In this document: one piece after another, positions 1-12,338 of the stretch
Position numbering within the stretch: the stretch's first letter is position 1
Layout of the letters: every line of letters starts with the position of its first letter
Source: Squalus acanthias
Taxonomy: Eukaryota
Direction: 5' to 3'
NCBI GenBank assembly: GCA_030390025.1
Contig: CM059431.1
Coordinates: 100,938,001 to 101,002,000 of the forward strand
Length of the DNA: 64,000 nucleotides
Notes under the pieces: model-generated
Databases searched by the model: none
Told to the model about the DNA's origin: nothing
The model's input: the letters and a program-made list of their open reading frames with translations, nothing else
Program-made: the position numbers and the translations under genes

Positions 1-104
1 AAACACATTTTGCTCTTTCACTGCTTCCTAATCACTCGCTTCCATAAAAGGTAGTCTAATTAATGTTTATTCTAAAAACATAGGCGCATTAAAGCGTTGG
101 TATG

Positions 105-230
105 TTCATTCTGATGAAAGGTCATCGACCTGAAACGTTAACTCTGTTTCTCTCTCTCCACAGATGCTGCCCGAGTGTTTCCAGCATATTTCAGATTTCC
201 AGCATCTGCAGTATTTTGCTATTGTTACTG
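105..230 (+). mobile_element. Penelope-like element 3' terminal fragment (family A) with hammerhead motif
   Basis: CTGATGA-AAGGTC-ATC-GACCT-GAAA-CGTT at 111-139; the downstream sequence matches the end of the GIY-YIG-bearing element at 19480-20372. Confidence 0.75.
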
Positions 231-319
231 TATATCTTTAGATGGTCCATACAGACCAGAAGGTCCTCAACAATTCCTGGTATGTGTTGAGTTAGTTGAT
301 CTCAGCTGGGCTGGCAGTA

Positions 320-705
320 AGAAAGACTTGCATTTACACAGCGCCTTTCACGACCTCAGAATGTCCAAAGCACTTTATAGCCAATGAAGCACTTTTTAGT
401 TGTAGTCACTGTTGTAATGTAGGAAATGTAGCAGCCAATTTGCACACAGAAAGCTCCCCTAAACAGCAGTGTGATAATGGCCAGATAATCTGTTTTAGTG
501 ATGTTGATTGAGGGATAAATATTGGCCAGGTCACCGGAGCGAACACCCCTGCTCTTCGAAATAGTGCCATGAGATCTTCTATGTCTATCTGAGAGGGCAG
601 ATTAACGTCAGTTTAACGTCTCATCTGAAAGACTGCACCCTCCGACAGTGCAGCACTCCCTCAGTACTGGCACTGTGCTCAAGTCTCTGGACTGGGACTT
701 GAACC
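320..705 (-). mobile_element. Deu-domain tRNA-derived SINE (SacSINE1-like)
   Basis: Matches the complete copies at 20650-21100 and 42320-42775; core GAGGGAGTGCTGCACTGTCGGAGG and L2-like tail on the minus strand. Confidence 0.85.
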
Positions 706-754
706 TATCTTTTCTTGTCTCCTATTGCCTTCTCTTTCTCATTCTTTTTCTGTT

Positions 755-1180
755 TTCAAAATTCTCATCTTTGTTTTCAAATCCCTCCATGGCCTCGCCC
801 CTTCTTGTCTCTGTAATCTCCTTCAGCCCCACAACCGCCACCCACCCCGCCCCCCCGCCCCCCCGAGATATCTGAGCTCCTCTAATTCTGTCCTCTTGAG
901 CATCTCTGATTATAATCGCTCCACCATTGGTGGCCGTGCCTTCTGTTGCCTAGGCCGTAAGCTCTGGAATTCCCTGCCTAAACCTCTCCGCCTCACTACC
1001 TCTCTTTCCTCCTTTAAGACGCTCCTTAAAACCTACCTCTTTGACCAAGCTTTTGGTCACCTGCCCTAATTTATCCTTATGTGGCTCGGTGTCAAATTTT
1101 AGTCTTAAAATACTCCTGTGCAGCGCCTTGGGACGTTTTACTACGTTAAAGGCGCTATATAAATACAAGTTGTTGTTGTT
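755..1180 (+). mobile_element. L2-clade LINE 3' fragment
   Basis: Encodes FKILIFVFKSLHGLAP...LWNSLP...FKTLLKTYLF; ends in (GTT)n; homologous to the 3' end of 21833-23143. Confidence 0.9.
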
Positions 1181-1526
1181 CTATTTTTCTTGCTTCTGTC
1201 GAACTTTTCCTCTGAAATAATAACTCTAAAACCTTGCGTTTACCTTGCTTTTCCTTCTGACTGCCACCGTTCATTTCGGAGGTCGGAGTAGCTCCCAAAA
1301 ACTGGCCGTTCGTTGACTGAATCTGCATGCAAAAGCCACTTAACCTCTACTATATAAGGACATGTCAGATCAGAAAGAGCTGCCATATACTAATTGACCG
1401 TTCACTGAAGATTACAATCAGATAAATAAACAGAGGATTAAAATCAGAGTATGAATAGCTACCCAAAGGCATTCCGTTGAGAAAGTAACTGAGATTTAAT
1501 TTACTACTTTTGTAGGATTTTGCGTT

Positions 1527-1930
1527 TTCTTTTATTCACTCATGGGACGTGGGTGTCGCCGGCAAGGCCAGCATTTATTGCCCATTCCTAATTGCCCTCA
1601 AGAAGGTGGTGGTGAGCTGCCTTCTTGAATAAGTGGCTTCCTAGGCCATTTCAGAGGGCAGTTAAGAGTCAACCACTTTGCTGTGGGTCTGGAGTCACAT
1701 ATCGGCCAGACCGGTTAAAGGCGGCAGATTTCCTTCCCTAAACGACATTAGTGAACCAAATGGGTTTTTACAACAATCCGGTAGTTTCATGGTCACCATC
1801 ACTGATACTAGCTTTTTAAAATTCCAGATTTATTTAATTAACTGAATTTAAATTCCCCAGCTGCCGTGGTGGGATTTGAACTCATGTCTCCAGATCATTA
1901 GTCCAGGCCTCTGGATTACTAGTCCAGTAA
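1527..1930 (-). mobile_element. SINE (second family) whose 3' tail matches the LINE at 53666-57553
   Basis: Minus strand has a B-box-like GAGTTCAAATCCC; 1530-1629 is the reverse complement of the LINE end 57452-57553. Confidence 0.8.
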
Positions 1931-2179
1931 AACAGGTTATTTTTTTATTTTCCTTCCCATTTCACAACTTATTTCTCCCTCTATAGGCTCTCCCAATGCC
2001 ATTCCCTGACTACAAGTAGGCAGCTGATCTGATCCCCGACCTCTAACCATGTGTCACTCTGAACCACAGACTAAGGTTCACTCACCCTTCAACTCTCCTC
2101 GCTGTGATGACGCATCTCACCTTTCCCAGATGATCTGAGTTTCAGAATTATGTATGAGGAGTCACAGCTGTAAACCGAC

Positions 2180-3700
2180 ATAGAAATTACAGCAGAGAAT
2201 CAGTTTGTTCGATTGTGCGAGTTGAAGGTTATCCTCCATATGAACAGTAGTCCTAACCTCGCTTAGTTTCCAAATCCCTTTATTCCTCTGTCCTTCAATC
2301 ACTTATCCAACCTATTCTTAAATGTTGACATGGTCCCTCATCCCTGGTATCATCCATGTAAATCTCCTCTGCACCCTCTCCAAGGACTTGACATCCTTCC
2401 TAAAGTGTGGTGCCCAGAATTGACACAATAGTCTTGCCAGTGATTTATAAAGGTTTCTCATAAACTACCTATCTAACCTATTCTTAAATGTTGACACAGC
2501 CTCTGCCTCAACCACTAACCTGTAATTTTTTGGGGCTATCAAAATAGCGTACATGCGCGGTGTTTACATTGAAATGCCGTCAAGCCGGCTGCGCGGGATC
2601 CCTGGAGCAGTGCGCGGCCACCTTACAGGGAACACTGCCACTAACTCTGGGAGTGAATTCCACAGCCTCACAACTGTGTGTAAAAAAGGTTTCTCCTGCT
2701 CTCTGTCCTAAATCCCTTACATTTAATCTTCTATCTATGTCCCCTCATTCTATACCCCTCAATCACTGGAAAGAGTCTTTTCAATCCACTCTGTCCCATC
2801 CATTCAAGTCTTTCTTTGTAGTTGTGGAGCCCAAAACTGCAGACAGTACTCCAACTGTGGTCTTACTAAGGTTTTATATACATTCATCATTATATCTCAC
2901 CTTTAATATTCCATACCCGCTGTCATAAAACCTATTATTCCATTAGCTTTCTTCATGGCCTTATCGCACTTGATTTTAGAAACCCCAAATCCCTCTGCTC
3001 CTCCACTTCATCCAGCTTTCCCTCATTCAAAGTAGAATTATTACTTTTTTTTAATATGACATCTGTCCTTTTCTTTGCCCATTTCAGCATCTTATCAATA
3101 TCCCCCTGCAGCTTCTTTTCGTCCTAAAAATTATTTACAATGCGTCCTGTTCTAGAACCATTTGGACACCAGTCCTTCTAGCCCTTTGTCCAAATCATTG
3201 ATGTACACAATGGACAGAAGCGATCTCAGAACAGAACCCCGTGGGACACCACTACCCACTTCCAACCACTCTGAGAAACTACCCTTAACTCCTACTCTCT
3301 GTTTCCTCCCTTCTAAACAAAGTTTAATCCAATTTTCTACCATCCCCCTAACTCCATGCCATTTAATCTTCTCCAATATTCTTCTGTATGGTGTCTTAGC
3401 GAAGACTTTCTGAAAGACCACAGTGCCATATATACTGCATTCCCCCCATTCACCATCCCTGTCGCCTCCTCAAAGATCTCGATCAGGTTTTTCAACAACA
3501 CTCTTTCTCTCTAATATTTGTCTTTGCCGCTTCTATTTTTTTCTTTTCCTCTATATATTTAGTCATTTCATCTTTAATTTAGGAATCCAATATTTTCCCC
3601 TACCACAGATGTTAAACTAACTGGCCTGCAGTTACGCGGGTTAGATCTGTCTCCCTTCTTGCACTGGCCACTCCCCAGTTCTCTGGTACATATCCACTCT
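2180..3700 (-). mobile_element. Old degraded CR1 LINE with nested insertions
   Basis: ORF 3152-3421 gives CR1-type RT motifs (RKQRVGVKGSFSEW...SGVPRGSVL...YINDLD). Confidence 0.75.
2520..2637. mobile_element. hAT-like MITE, one TIR partly deleted
   Basis: Perfect 8-bp direct repeat CCACTAAC at 2512-2519 and 2638-2645; right end TTACAGGGAACACTG; related to 29090-29220. Confidence 0.7.
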
Positions 3701-3781
3701 CCTACCACTGCATGGCACAAGGCTTTAATATATCAATGCACTTCATTACACAGCTGCCTATTGGAATTATGTGCTAGATAT

Positions 3782-4150
3782 CGAGGCCCCGTCTGCCCTC
3801 TAAGGTGCACATAAAAGATCCCGCGGCACTATTTCGAAGAAGAGCAGGGCAGTTCTCCCCGGTGTCCTGGCCAATACTTGTCTCTCCACCAACACCTAAA
3901 AACAGATTTTCTGGTCATTATCACATTGCTGGCTTATAATATGGTCGGCCAAATCATCAATAGATTGTTCAGATATCCCCCCCACTCCCCCTTACCTCCC
4001 ACATTGTGGGAACTTGCTGTGCTCAAATTGGCTGTCGCGTTTCCTACATTACAACATGTGACCACACTTCAAAAAGTACTTAATTGACTGTGAAGCGCTT
4101 TGGGACGTCCTGAGGTCGTGAAAGGCGCGATAAAAATGCAAGTTCTTTCT
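3782..4150 (+). mobile_element. Deu-domain SINE, 5' truncated, with a ~70 bp internal insertion
   Basis: Homology to the other copies in the window. Confidence 0.8.
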
Positions 4151-4504
4151 CTCTTTAGATGTAAGATTATTAATATATATGTAACATACACAACACATGC
4201 ACACAAAACAGTGAATTATCCAGTAAGTTGCTTCAAGATCCATGATTGAACACACTTTCACCTATCAGAGGATCAACGTTCATGCATTTCTTTACATCAC
4301 CAAGTGCTACAATAAAGACCCATCAGTGCTGCTCTACAGGGGAGGGAGGGAGAGAGGGAGGGAGAGTCGAGTCACGATGCTCCATCCATCATGAGGTATG
4401 GGGCAGGCTTGATGACCAGCTGGTCTTTTCCTACCCATCAATTTCATATGTTCAATGAGAAGTCGCAAGAAAGATATTATATCAGCATGACCACATTCAG
4501 AGTG

Positions 4505-4960
4505 CGCCCATCAGCCCTGTGCTCGCTGACCTACATTGGCTCCCGGTCCGGCAACGCCTTAATTTAAAAATTGTGATCCTTGTTTTCAAATTCCTCCATG
4601 GCCTCGCCCCTCCCTATCTCTGTAACCTCCTCCAGCCCTACAACCCTCCGAGATCTCTGCGCTCCTCCAATTCTGGCCTCTTGTGCAACCCCGATTTTAA
4701 TCGCTCCACCATTGGTGGTCGTGCCTTCAGCTGCCTGGGCCCTAAGCTCTGTAATTCCCTCCCTAAACCTCTCCGCCTCTCTCTCCTCCTTTAAGCCGCT
4801 CCTTAAAACCTACCTCTTTGCCCAAGCATTAGGTCACCTGTCCGAATATCTCCTTCTGTGACTCAGTGTTAAATTTTGTCTGTTAATGCCCCTGCGAAGT
4901 GTCTTGGGATGTTTTGCTACGTTAAATAGCGCTATATAAATTCAAGTTGTTGTTGTTGTT
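4505..4960 (+). mobile_element. L2 3' fragment
   Basis: LADLHWLPV... ORF and (GTT)n tail. Confidence 0.9.
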
Positions 4961-4981
4961 GCGTTCAACTCTGGAGGAAAC

Positions 4982-5135
4982 CAGTGGATAGTGGATGCAT
5001 GGACCCACAGATTATGATGAATGAGTTCAAGAAATGCTGCACATCTAACACCATCTATGGGATTGAAAATGGGAGAGATAGATGAGACACGGCTTGACCA
5101 CATAGAAGATGATGATGATGATGACAATCAGTTAT
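4982..5135 (+). pseudogene. Possible pogo/Tigger-type transposase C-terminal relic
   Basis: Frameshifted translation QWIVDAW/PQIMMNEFKKCCTSNTIYGIENG plus an acidic tail resembles the W...AW...SFKKCGISN.LDG.ED end of pogo-like transposases. Confidence 0.4.
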
Positions 5136-5607
5136 AATCCGAACACTGAGCACAACTTAGACACCACCAAATTACATGCTCTTCAAAATTAATCAACTGA
5201 TTCCGGATTTCTGGGTTTCCAAAATATAGTTCATTCCACCATTACTGTTATGTTTCCATCATTTTTTGCGTTTCCTTTTGTTGGCATACCGGTTTAATTC
5301 ACGTATTGCACTTGAAGCAGTTCGGTAAAGGTTGGTTTTAACCATTCCTTAGTCTCTTGAAAAATAGTTTTCATTTTAGGATCTGGGCATAGTATTCAAC
5401 CCCTCCTAATTTTGGAGGGGAGAGGAGAGAAAGTGGACAGTAGACACAAAGCTTTACAGTAAATGCATTATTAGGCAAATGACATTGCACTCAGGGTGAT
5501 GCATTGAATCTGAAGAAAGCCACGCATATAAATGAAAGAGCTTGGTCACAACAGAAAGTTGGTCATAACAATAGAAATGAAGAGGGAAATCTGTACATAG
5601 ATCACAA

Positions 5608-5995
5608 TGGCTATGGGGAGATTTAATTGAGGTGTATAAAATTATGCAGGGCCTAGATAGAGTGGATAGGAAGGATCTACTTCCCTTAGCAGAGAGGTCA
5701 ATAACCAGGGGGCACAGATTTAAAGTAATTGGTAGAAGGATTAGAGGGGAGTTGAGGAGAACTTTTTTGACCCAGAGGGTGGTGGGGGTCTGAAACTCAC
5801 TGCCTGAAAGGGTGGTCGAGGCAGAAACCCTCATCGCATTTAAAAAGTACTTGGATATGCACTTGAAGTGCAGTAACCTACAGGGCCACGGACCAAGAGC
5901 TGGAAAGTGGGCTTAGGCTGATCGCTCTTTTTCGGCCGGCACAGACATGATGGGCCGAATGGCCTCCTTATGTGCCGTAAACTTCTATGATTCTT
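5608..5995 (+). mobile_element. CR1 LINE 3' fragment
   Basis: CR1 ORF2 C-terminal region and tail GGGCCGAATGGCCTCCTT...TTCTATGATTCT. Confidence 0.85.
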
Positions 5996-6361
5996 AAAAG
6001 GCCCTGGAAGAGAAATACTGAGTGATACTAATGAAAAGATGGTGAAACTTTTTGTGATGTCAGTAAATTGAGGTATATGAAGATTCCACTATCACACAAC
6101 ACATTTACAAAATACTGTAAAATAAAGATGGATAGTTGCAATGTAATCAGGGAAGCTAATAACATTTTCAGTCTCTTGTTTACAAAGATCTAATGGTCAG
6201 AATCTGGAGACTGTACAGTTTGTAATGTTACCAGACAACAGCTGCACAAAATATATCTATATACTTGAAAAGCTTGTGTGCAGTCAAAGGGCAAGTAGAA
6301 GCATCTGTTACACTTCAAAGTTTCTTTCACATTTGCACTTGATTGGGTCAAATATTAAACA

Positions 6362-7080
6362 AAAGAAAGAACTTGCATTTCTATAGCGCCTTTCATGACC
6401 TCAGGATGCCCCAAAGCGCTTTACAGCCAATGAAGTACTTTTGAAGTGGAGTCACTGATGTAATGTAGGAAACGCGACAGCCAATTTGTGCACAGCAAGC
6501 TCCCACAATCAGCAATGCGATAATGACCAGATAATCTGTTTTAGTGATGTTGGTTGAGGGATAAATATTGGCCAGGACACCGGGGATAACTCCCCTGCTA
6601 TTCTTCAAAATAGTGCTGTGGGATATTTTATGTCCATCTGAGAGAGCAGACAGGGCCTCGGTTTAAAGTCTCATCTGAAAAACGAAGAACAAATTAACAA
6701 CTTGCATTTAATGCAGCTCCTTTGATGCAGAAAAATGTCCCAAAGTGCTTCACAGAGGTGTAATCAAAAAAATGGATATTAGGGGGAAGGTGACCAAAAA
6801 CCAGGTCAAAAAGGTAGGTTTTAAGAAGGATCTTAAAGGAGGGAGAGGCAGGTGAAGGGGCGGAGCGGTTTAGGGAGGGACCTCCAGAGCTTGGGGCCTC
6901 GGTCGCTGAAAGCACGGCCGCCAATGCTGGGGAGAAGGGAAGGGGAATGCGCAAGAATCAGAATTTGGAGGGGATACAGAAATAGGGAGGGGTAAGGCAA
7001 TGAAGGGATTTAAACTCATGAGAATTTTAATTTTGAGGCACTGGGAGACTGGGAACCAATGTAGGGCAGCAGGGGTGATG
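6362..7080 (-). mobile_element. Deu-SINE (6362-6680) adjacent to an L2 3' fragment (6695-7080)
   Basis: Homology to other copies in the window. Confidence 0.8.
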
Positions 7081-7134
7081 GAGAATTGGGGCTGTAACCA
7101 TAACAACTTGCAATCAGAAGAGAAACCAATTAAA

Positions 7135-7830
7135 ATAGAATCATAGAATGGTTACAGCACAGAATCATAGAATGGTTACAGCACGGAAGAAGGCCATTCG
7201 GCCCGTCGGGCCCGTGCCAGCTCTCTGTAAGAGCACCTCAACTAGTCCCACTCCCCTGCCCTTTCCCCTTTCGGCCCATCCCTGGCATTCAGTGAGCACT
7301 AGCAGCCCTCCAGCACCGTACTAGTATCCATGTTTTCAGGCAGTAGCCTTAATTTAACTTGGGGGGGGGTGGTGGGTACAGTGGTTAGGGGTTGGGTGGG
7401 GGTGGGGGGGGGGAGATATAGAAAGTTACTATTGAATCTGCTTCCACAACCCTATCATGCAATGCATTCCAGAACGGAATAAATCATGATTGGGGAGGGA
7501 GGGGGAGGCCTGATTGGGGGGGAAATCCCGGTGGGGTGGGTGGAATCTTGATTTGGGGGGAGGGAATTCTGGTGTGGGGGGGGGAAATCCTGATTTGGGG
7601 GGGAATCCAGATTGGGGGCGGGGGGAAACTTCTCTGCTCTAAGGAGAAGAACCCCAGCTTCTCCAGTCTCTCCACATAACTGAAGTCCCCCATCCCTGGT
7701 ACCATTCTAGTAAATCTCCTCTGCACCCTCTCCAAGGCCTTGACTTCCTTCCTAAGGTGCGGTGCCCAGAATTGAGCACAATACTCCAGCTGAGGCCTAA
7801 CCAGTGCTTTATAAAGATTTAGCATAACTT
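7135..7830 (-). mobile_element. CR1 3' fragment interrupted by G-rich inserts
   Basis: TAGAATCA tail repeats; ORF segment LYKALVRPQLEYCAQFWAPH...LERVQRRFTRM. Confidence 0.8.
7486..7628 (+). repeat. Degenerate ~20-bp G-rich minisatellite (GGAATCCTGATTTGGGGGG-like)
   Basis: About 6-7 imperfect units visible, each with a G run. Confidence 0.7.
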
Positions 7831-8071
7831 GCAGGGTTGTTCGCAGCAGTGACAGTAAGATCTTTAATTCCTGGAGACGCCAGGGCAATCCTGGAGGGTT
7901 GGTAACCTTATGTTCCCCACCACCTCCGACCGATTCTCTCTTCTAAATGCAATAACATAATGCTGGTGTATGATTACGCAGTCACAGGCAGCCCCAACCC
8001 CCGCATTACCCTATCCTCAGTATCTTTCATTCTTCGTGTGTGAGCCTAGGTGATAAGCATTGACAGGGAAC

Positions 8072-8510
8072 TACAACAACATCTTGCATTTATATAGCGC
8101 CTTTAACATAGTAAAACGTCCCAGGATGTTTCACAGGAGTGATTATCAGACAAAATTTGACAGCGAACCCCATAAGGAGATATTAGGACAGGTGGCCAAA
8201 AGCTTGATCAAAGAGGTAGGTTTTAAGGAGCGTCTTAAAGGAGGCAAGAGAGGCGGAGAGGTTTAGGGAGGGAATTCCAGAGCTTGGGGCCTAGGGAGCT
8301 GAAGACACGGCCGCCAATGGCAGAGCGATGAAAATCGGGGATGCGCAAGAGGCCAGAATTGGAGGAGCGCAGAGATCTCAGCGGCTTGTAGGGCTGGAGG
8401 AGGTTCCAGAGACAGGGAGGGGAGCGAGTCCATGGAGGGATTTGAAAACAAGGATTGAGAATTTTAAAATCGAGGCGTTGCCGGACTGGGAGCCAATGTA
8501 GGTCAGCTAT
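8072..8510 (-). mobile_element. L2 3' fragment
   Basis: ADLHWLPVRQRLDFKIL; (CAA)n tail at the left end. Confidence 0.9.
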
Positions 8511-8982
8511 TGCAAACATGGCAGGCCGAGTTCTTATATTCACCACTTTTAAGGAAATTCTACAGATATTCTAAAAGGACGTTAGAAAGAGTGGTCAGAG
8601 AACATCTTCACATCGGGTTTATGATGTTGCCAATACACAAGGATCAGAGGGAATCTTGAGCCCAGCCAACCTGAAATGAAAATTGCAGTTGAATATTACT
8701 TTCCCTAGCCCGGAGAATGAAAGGAAAAGAAGAATGAAGTTGCACTTTTATTGCTTTTAACTGCTCAAACCTGCGACTTTCTGATCGGTTTGTCTTAGTG
8801 CAACACTGAACAATCGGGGGATGGTACTGCAACACATTGCAAATCAGCTAGTAGTGTAGTGCTCATCCATTTGATTTAAACCAGGTATTAATGGACCCTA
8901 AAGGTTTGGGCTTCTAATTAGTCTAACCAGAACGATTCCTAGTCTGTGCTGTGAGCTGATCCCAGCACAGCAACATTATTAA

Positions 8983-10510
8983 AAAGACTTTTATTTACAC
9001 AGCGCCTTTGACGACCTTAGGATGTCCCACCATGCTTTACAGCCAATGAAGTACTCTTTTAAAGTGTAGTCACTGTTGTGATGTACGAATCGAGGCAGCC
9101 AATTTAGGATCATAGGAACAGGAGTTGGCCGTTCAGCCCCTCGAGCCTGTTCCTCCATTCAATGAGATCATGGCTGAGCTGCGACCATATACCCGCCTTT
9201 ATACCTGTGGTTAACAAAAATCTATCAATCTCAGATTTAACATTAACAACTGATCTAGCACCAATTGCCATTTGCGGAAAAGAATTCCATATGGCTACCA
9301 TCCTTTGTGTGTAGAAGTGTTTCCTAATTTCACTCCTGAAAGGTCTGGCTCTAATTTTAGACTATGCCCCCTAGTCCAAGACTCCCCAACCAGCAGAAAT
9401 AGTTTCTATCTACCCTATCTGTTCCCCTTAATATCTTGAAAACTTTGAGCAAATCACCACTTAACCTTCTAAATTCTAGTGAATACAACCCTAATTTGTG
9501 TAATCTCTCCTTGTAACTTAACCCCGGAGTCCGGGTATCATTCTGGTAAACCTACGCTGCACTCCCTCCAAGGCCAATATATCCTTCCTAAGATGTGGTG
9601 CCCAGTACTCCAGGTGTGGTCTAACCAGGGTTTTGTATAGCTGAAGCATGACTTCTACCCCCTTGTATTCTAGTCCTCTAGATATAAAGGCCAACATTCC
9701 ATTAGCCTTTTTGATTATTTTCTGTACCTGTTCATGACATTTTAATGATCTATGTACCTGGACCCCCAAGTCTCTTTGGACCGCCACTGTTTTTAGCTTT
9801 TCACCATTTAGAAAGTACCCTGTTCTATCCTTTTTAGGTCCAACGTGGATGACCTCACATTTGCCTACATTGAAATTAATTTGCCACAGTTTTGCCCATT
9901 CGCTTAATCTATCGATATCCCTTTGTAATTTTATGCTTCCATCTACACTGCCTACAATTCCACCTATCTTTGTGTCATGGGCAAATTTGGATATGTGGCT
10001 TTTTATCCCATCATAAGTCGTTAGTAAATACGGTGAATAGTTGAGGCCCCAACACAGATCCTTGCGGGACCCCATTAGTCATATCCTGCTAATTTGAGTA
10101 CCTGCCCATTATCCCTACGCTCTGTCTCCTGCCGCTCTACCAATTTCCTAACCAGGTCAATATATTGCCTTCAATTCAAATTTAGCTAACAGTCTCTTCG
10201 GAGGGACTTTATCAAATGCACAGCAAGGTCCCACAAATAGTGATGTTGGTTGAGGGAAAATATTGATCAGGACACCGGGGAGAACTCGCCTGCTCTTCTT
10301 CGAAATAGTGCTGTGGGATCTTTTACGTCCACCTGAGAGAGCAGACGGGGCCTCGGTTTAACGTCCCACCTGAAAGACGGCACCTCCGACAGTGCAGCAC
10401 TCCCTCAATACTGCACTGGGAGTGCCAGTCTGGATTTTTTGCTCAAGCCTCTGGAGTGGGGCTTAAACCCGCATCCTTCAGACTCATAGGCGAGGGTGCT
10501 TCCCACTGAG
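8983..10510 (-). mobile_element. Deu-SINE split by a 5'-truncated CR1 (9108-10217)
   Basis: The SINE stops at ...GCAGCCAATTT and resumes at GCACAGCAAGGTCCCAC; the intervening ORF 9518-10075 is CR1 RT C-terminal (SKFAHDTKIGG, LVRPHLEY). Confidence 0.85.
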
Positions 10511-10864
10511 CTAGATAAGTACATGTGGGAGAAAGGAATAGGAGGATAGTGAATTAGAGTGGTAGGAATCTCGTGTGCAGCATAGACAACGACACAGACC
10601 AGTTGGGCCGAATGAACTGTTTCTGTGCTGTAAAATTCTTTGTAATTCAGTCCCTTCATACCTCCCGAGTTAAATTAAGGCTACTGTCTGAAAACATGGA
10701 TAATGGGCCCTTTCGATTCAGTACTGGAGGGCTGCTAGTGCTCACGGAATGCTAGTGAGTCATCATCTTAGGAGATGATCAGAGGGAAAAAAAATAACAA
10801 AAAAAAACAAGTGTTTACAAATGAAAATGGTGAAAAATGATGAACAGTAATTTCAAATTTCATA

Positions 10865-11675
10865 TGGGATCCTGGGCTTTAAAATAGAGTACAAAAGCAA
10901 AGAGGTTATGCCAAACCTTTATAAATCACTGGTTAGGCCCCAGCTGGAGTATTGTCTCCAATTCTGGGCACCACACTTTAGGAAGGATGTCAAGGCCCTG
11001 CAGAGGGTGCAGAAGAGATTTACCAGAATGGTACCAGGGATGAGGGACTTCAGTTACGTGGAGAGACTGGAGAAGCTGGGATTGTTCTCCTTACGAGTGT
11101 CTTTGATGTAGGGAAAGATTTGAATAGATTTTTTCTGTGTTTATATTGTGAATTCTGGGAGATTCTCTCACAGCTACCCTACCTGAAGAAGGAGCGAACA
11201 GCTCCGAAAGCTTGTAAAATTAAATAAATCTGTTGGACTATAACCTGGTGTTGTGCGACTTCTCATTTTTGTTCTCCTTACAGCAGAGAAGGTTAAGGGG
11301 AAATTTAATAGAGGTGCTCAAAATTATGAGGGGTTTTGATAGAGTAAAGAAGGAGAAACTGTTTCCAGTGGCAGGAGGGTCGGTAACCAGAGGACACAGA
11401 TTGAAGGTAATTGGCAAAAGAACCAGAGGGGAGATGAGGGGAATTTTTTTAATGCAGCGAGTTGTTATGACCTGGAATGCACTGCCTGAAAGGGCGGTGG
11501 AAGCAGATTCAATAATAAACTTTGAAAAAAGGAATTGGATAAATGCTTGAAAAGAAAAATTTGCAGGGCTGTGGTGAAAGAGCAGGGGGAGTGGGACGAA
11601 TTGGAGAGCTCTTTCAAAGAGCCGGCACAGGCACGATGGGCCGAGTGGCCTCCTTCTGTGCTGTATCATTCTATA
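10865..11675 (+). mobile_element. CR1 3' fragment containing a Penelope terminal-repeat insertion
   Basis: CR1 motifs on both sides of 11095-11268. Confidence 0.85.
11095..11268 (+). mobile_element. Penelope-like terminal fragment (family B) with hammerhead motif and 13-bp TSD
   Basis: TTGTTCTCCTTAC at 11082-11094 and 11269-11281; the 3' part matches 51995-52080; core CTGAAGA...GGAGC-GAACA-GCTCC-GAAA. Confidence 0.85.
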
Positions 11676-12338
11676 AAATTGCAGCAGAATACAATATATA
11701 GAACATGTGCTTACATGGCATAAAGTATACTAGGTTTAACTTTAAACAACTTCTTTAAAGACATTTAATCCATTACATTTTATAGCAAAGCGCAATGATA
11801 ATGTGTGGGTCAAGGGGGGAAAAAATGACTCAACTTAGTACAGAAAGAAGTAAGAAATCTGCTGAAACTTTAATACTTGTATCGCACCCTGCAATGGGTT
11901 GCGTCGTAACTAAAGAGCTATTATTAGGCTTATGAAAGCCTGCCACAAAGCCTGATTAATGGATAAATGCTGTAATTGATTAGCAGAGGAGTGGAAATTA
12001 AAACCGAGTTCAGCATCAATAATGATTGCTTGACAAAGGTAGGTGACATAAAATGTAAAATGATAGCCTGCAGCCATAATGCCATCAAAGACCAAACCAG
12101 TTCAAATAAGGAGACTGCCCGGTCTCCTGTGCTCTGCATTTCTTGTCTTTTATTTTGCTAATGTTGTGTGTTAAACTGACAGGAACCATTATGGAGGCTG
12201 CTCCTCAATTCACCTTCATACATCAAGTCGTAAAATTGCAACAGAAGAGAGCTAAATAGCTCCATTATATTCTATCCTCTTAATCAATGCAGAGGTATTT
12301 TTTTTTCTCCTCGTCATTTTAAACATACCTTTCTCTTA

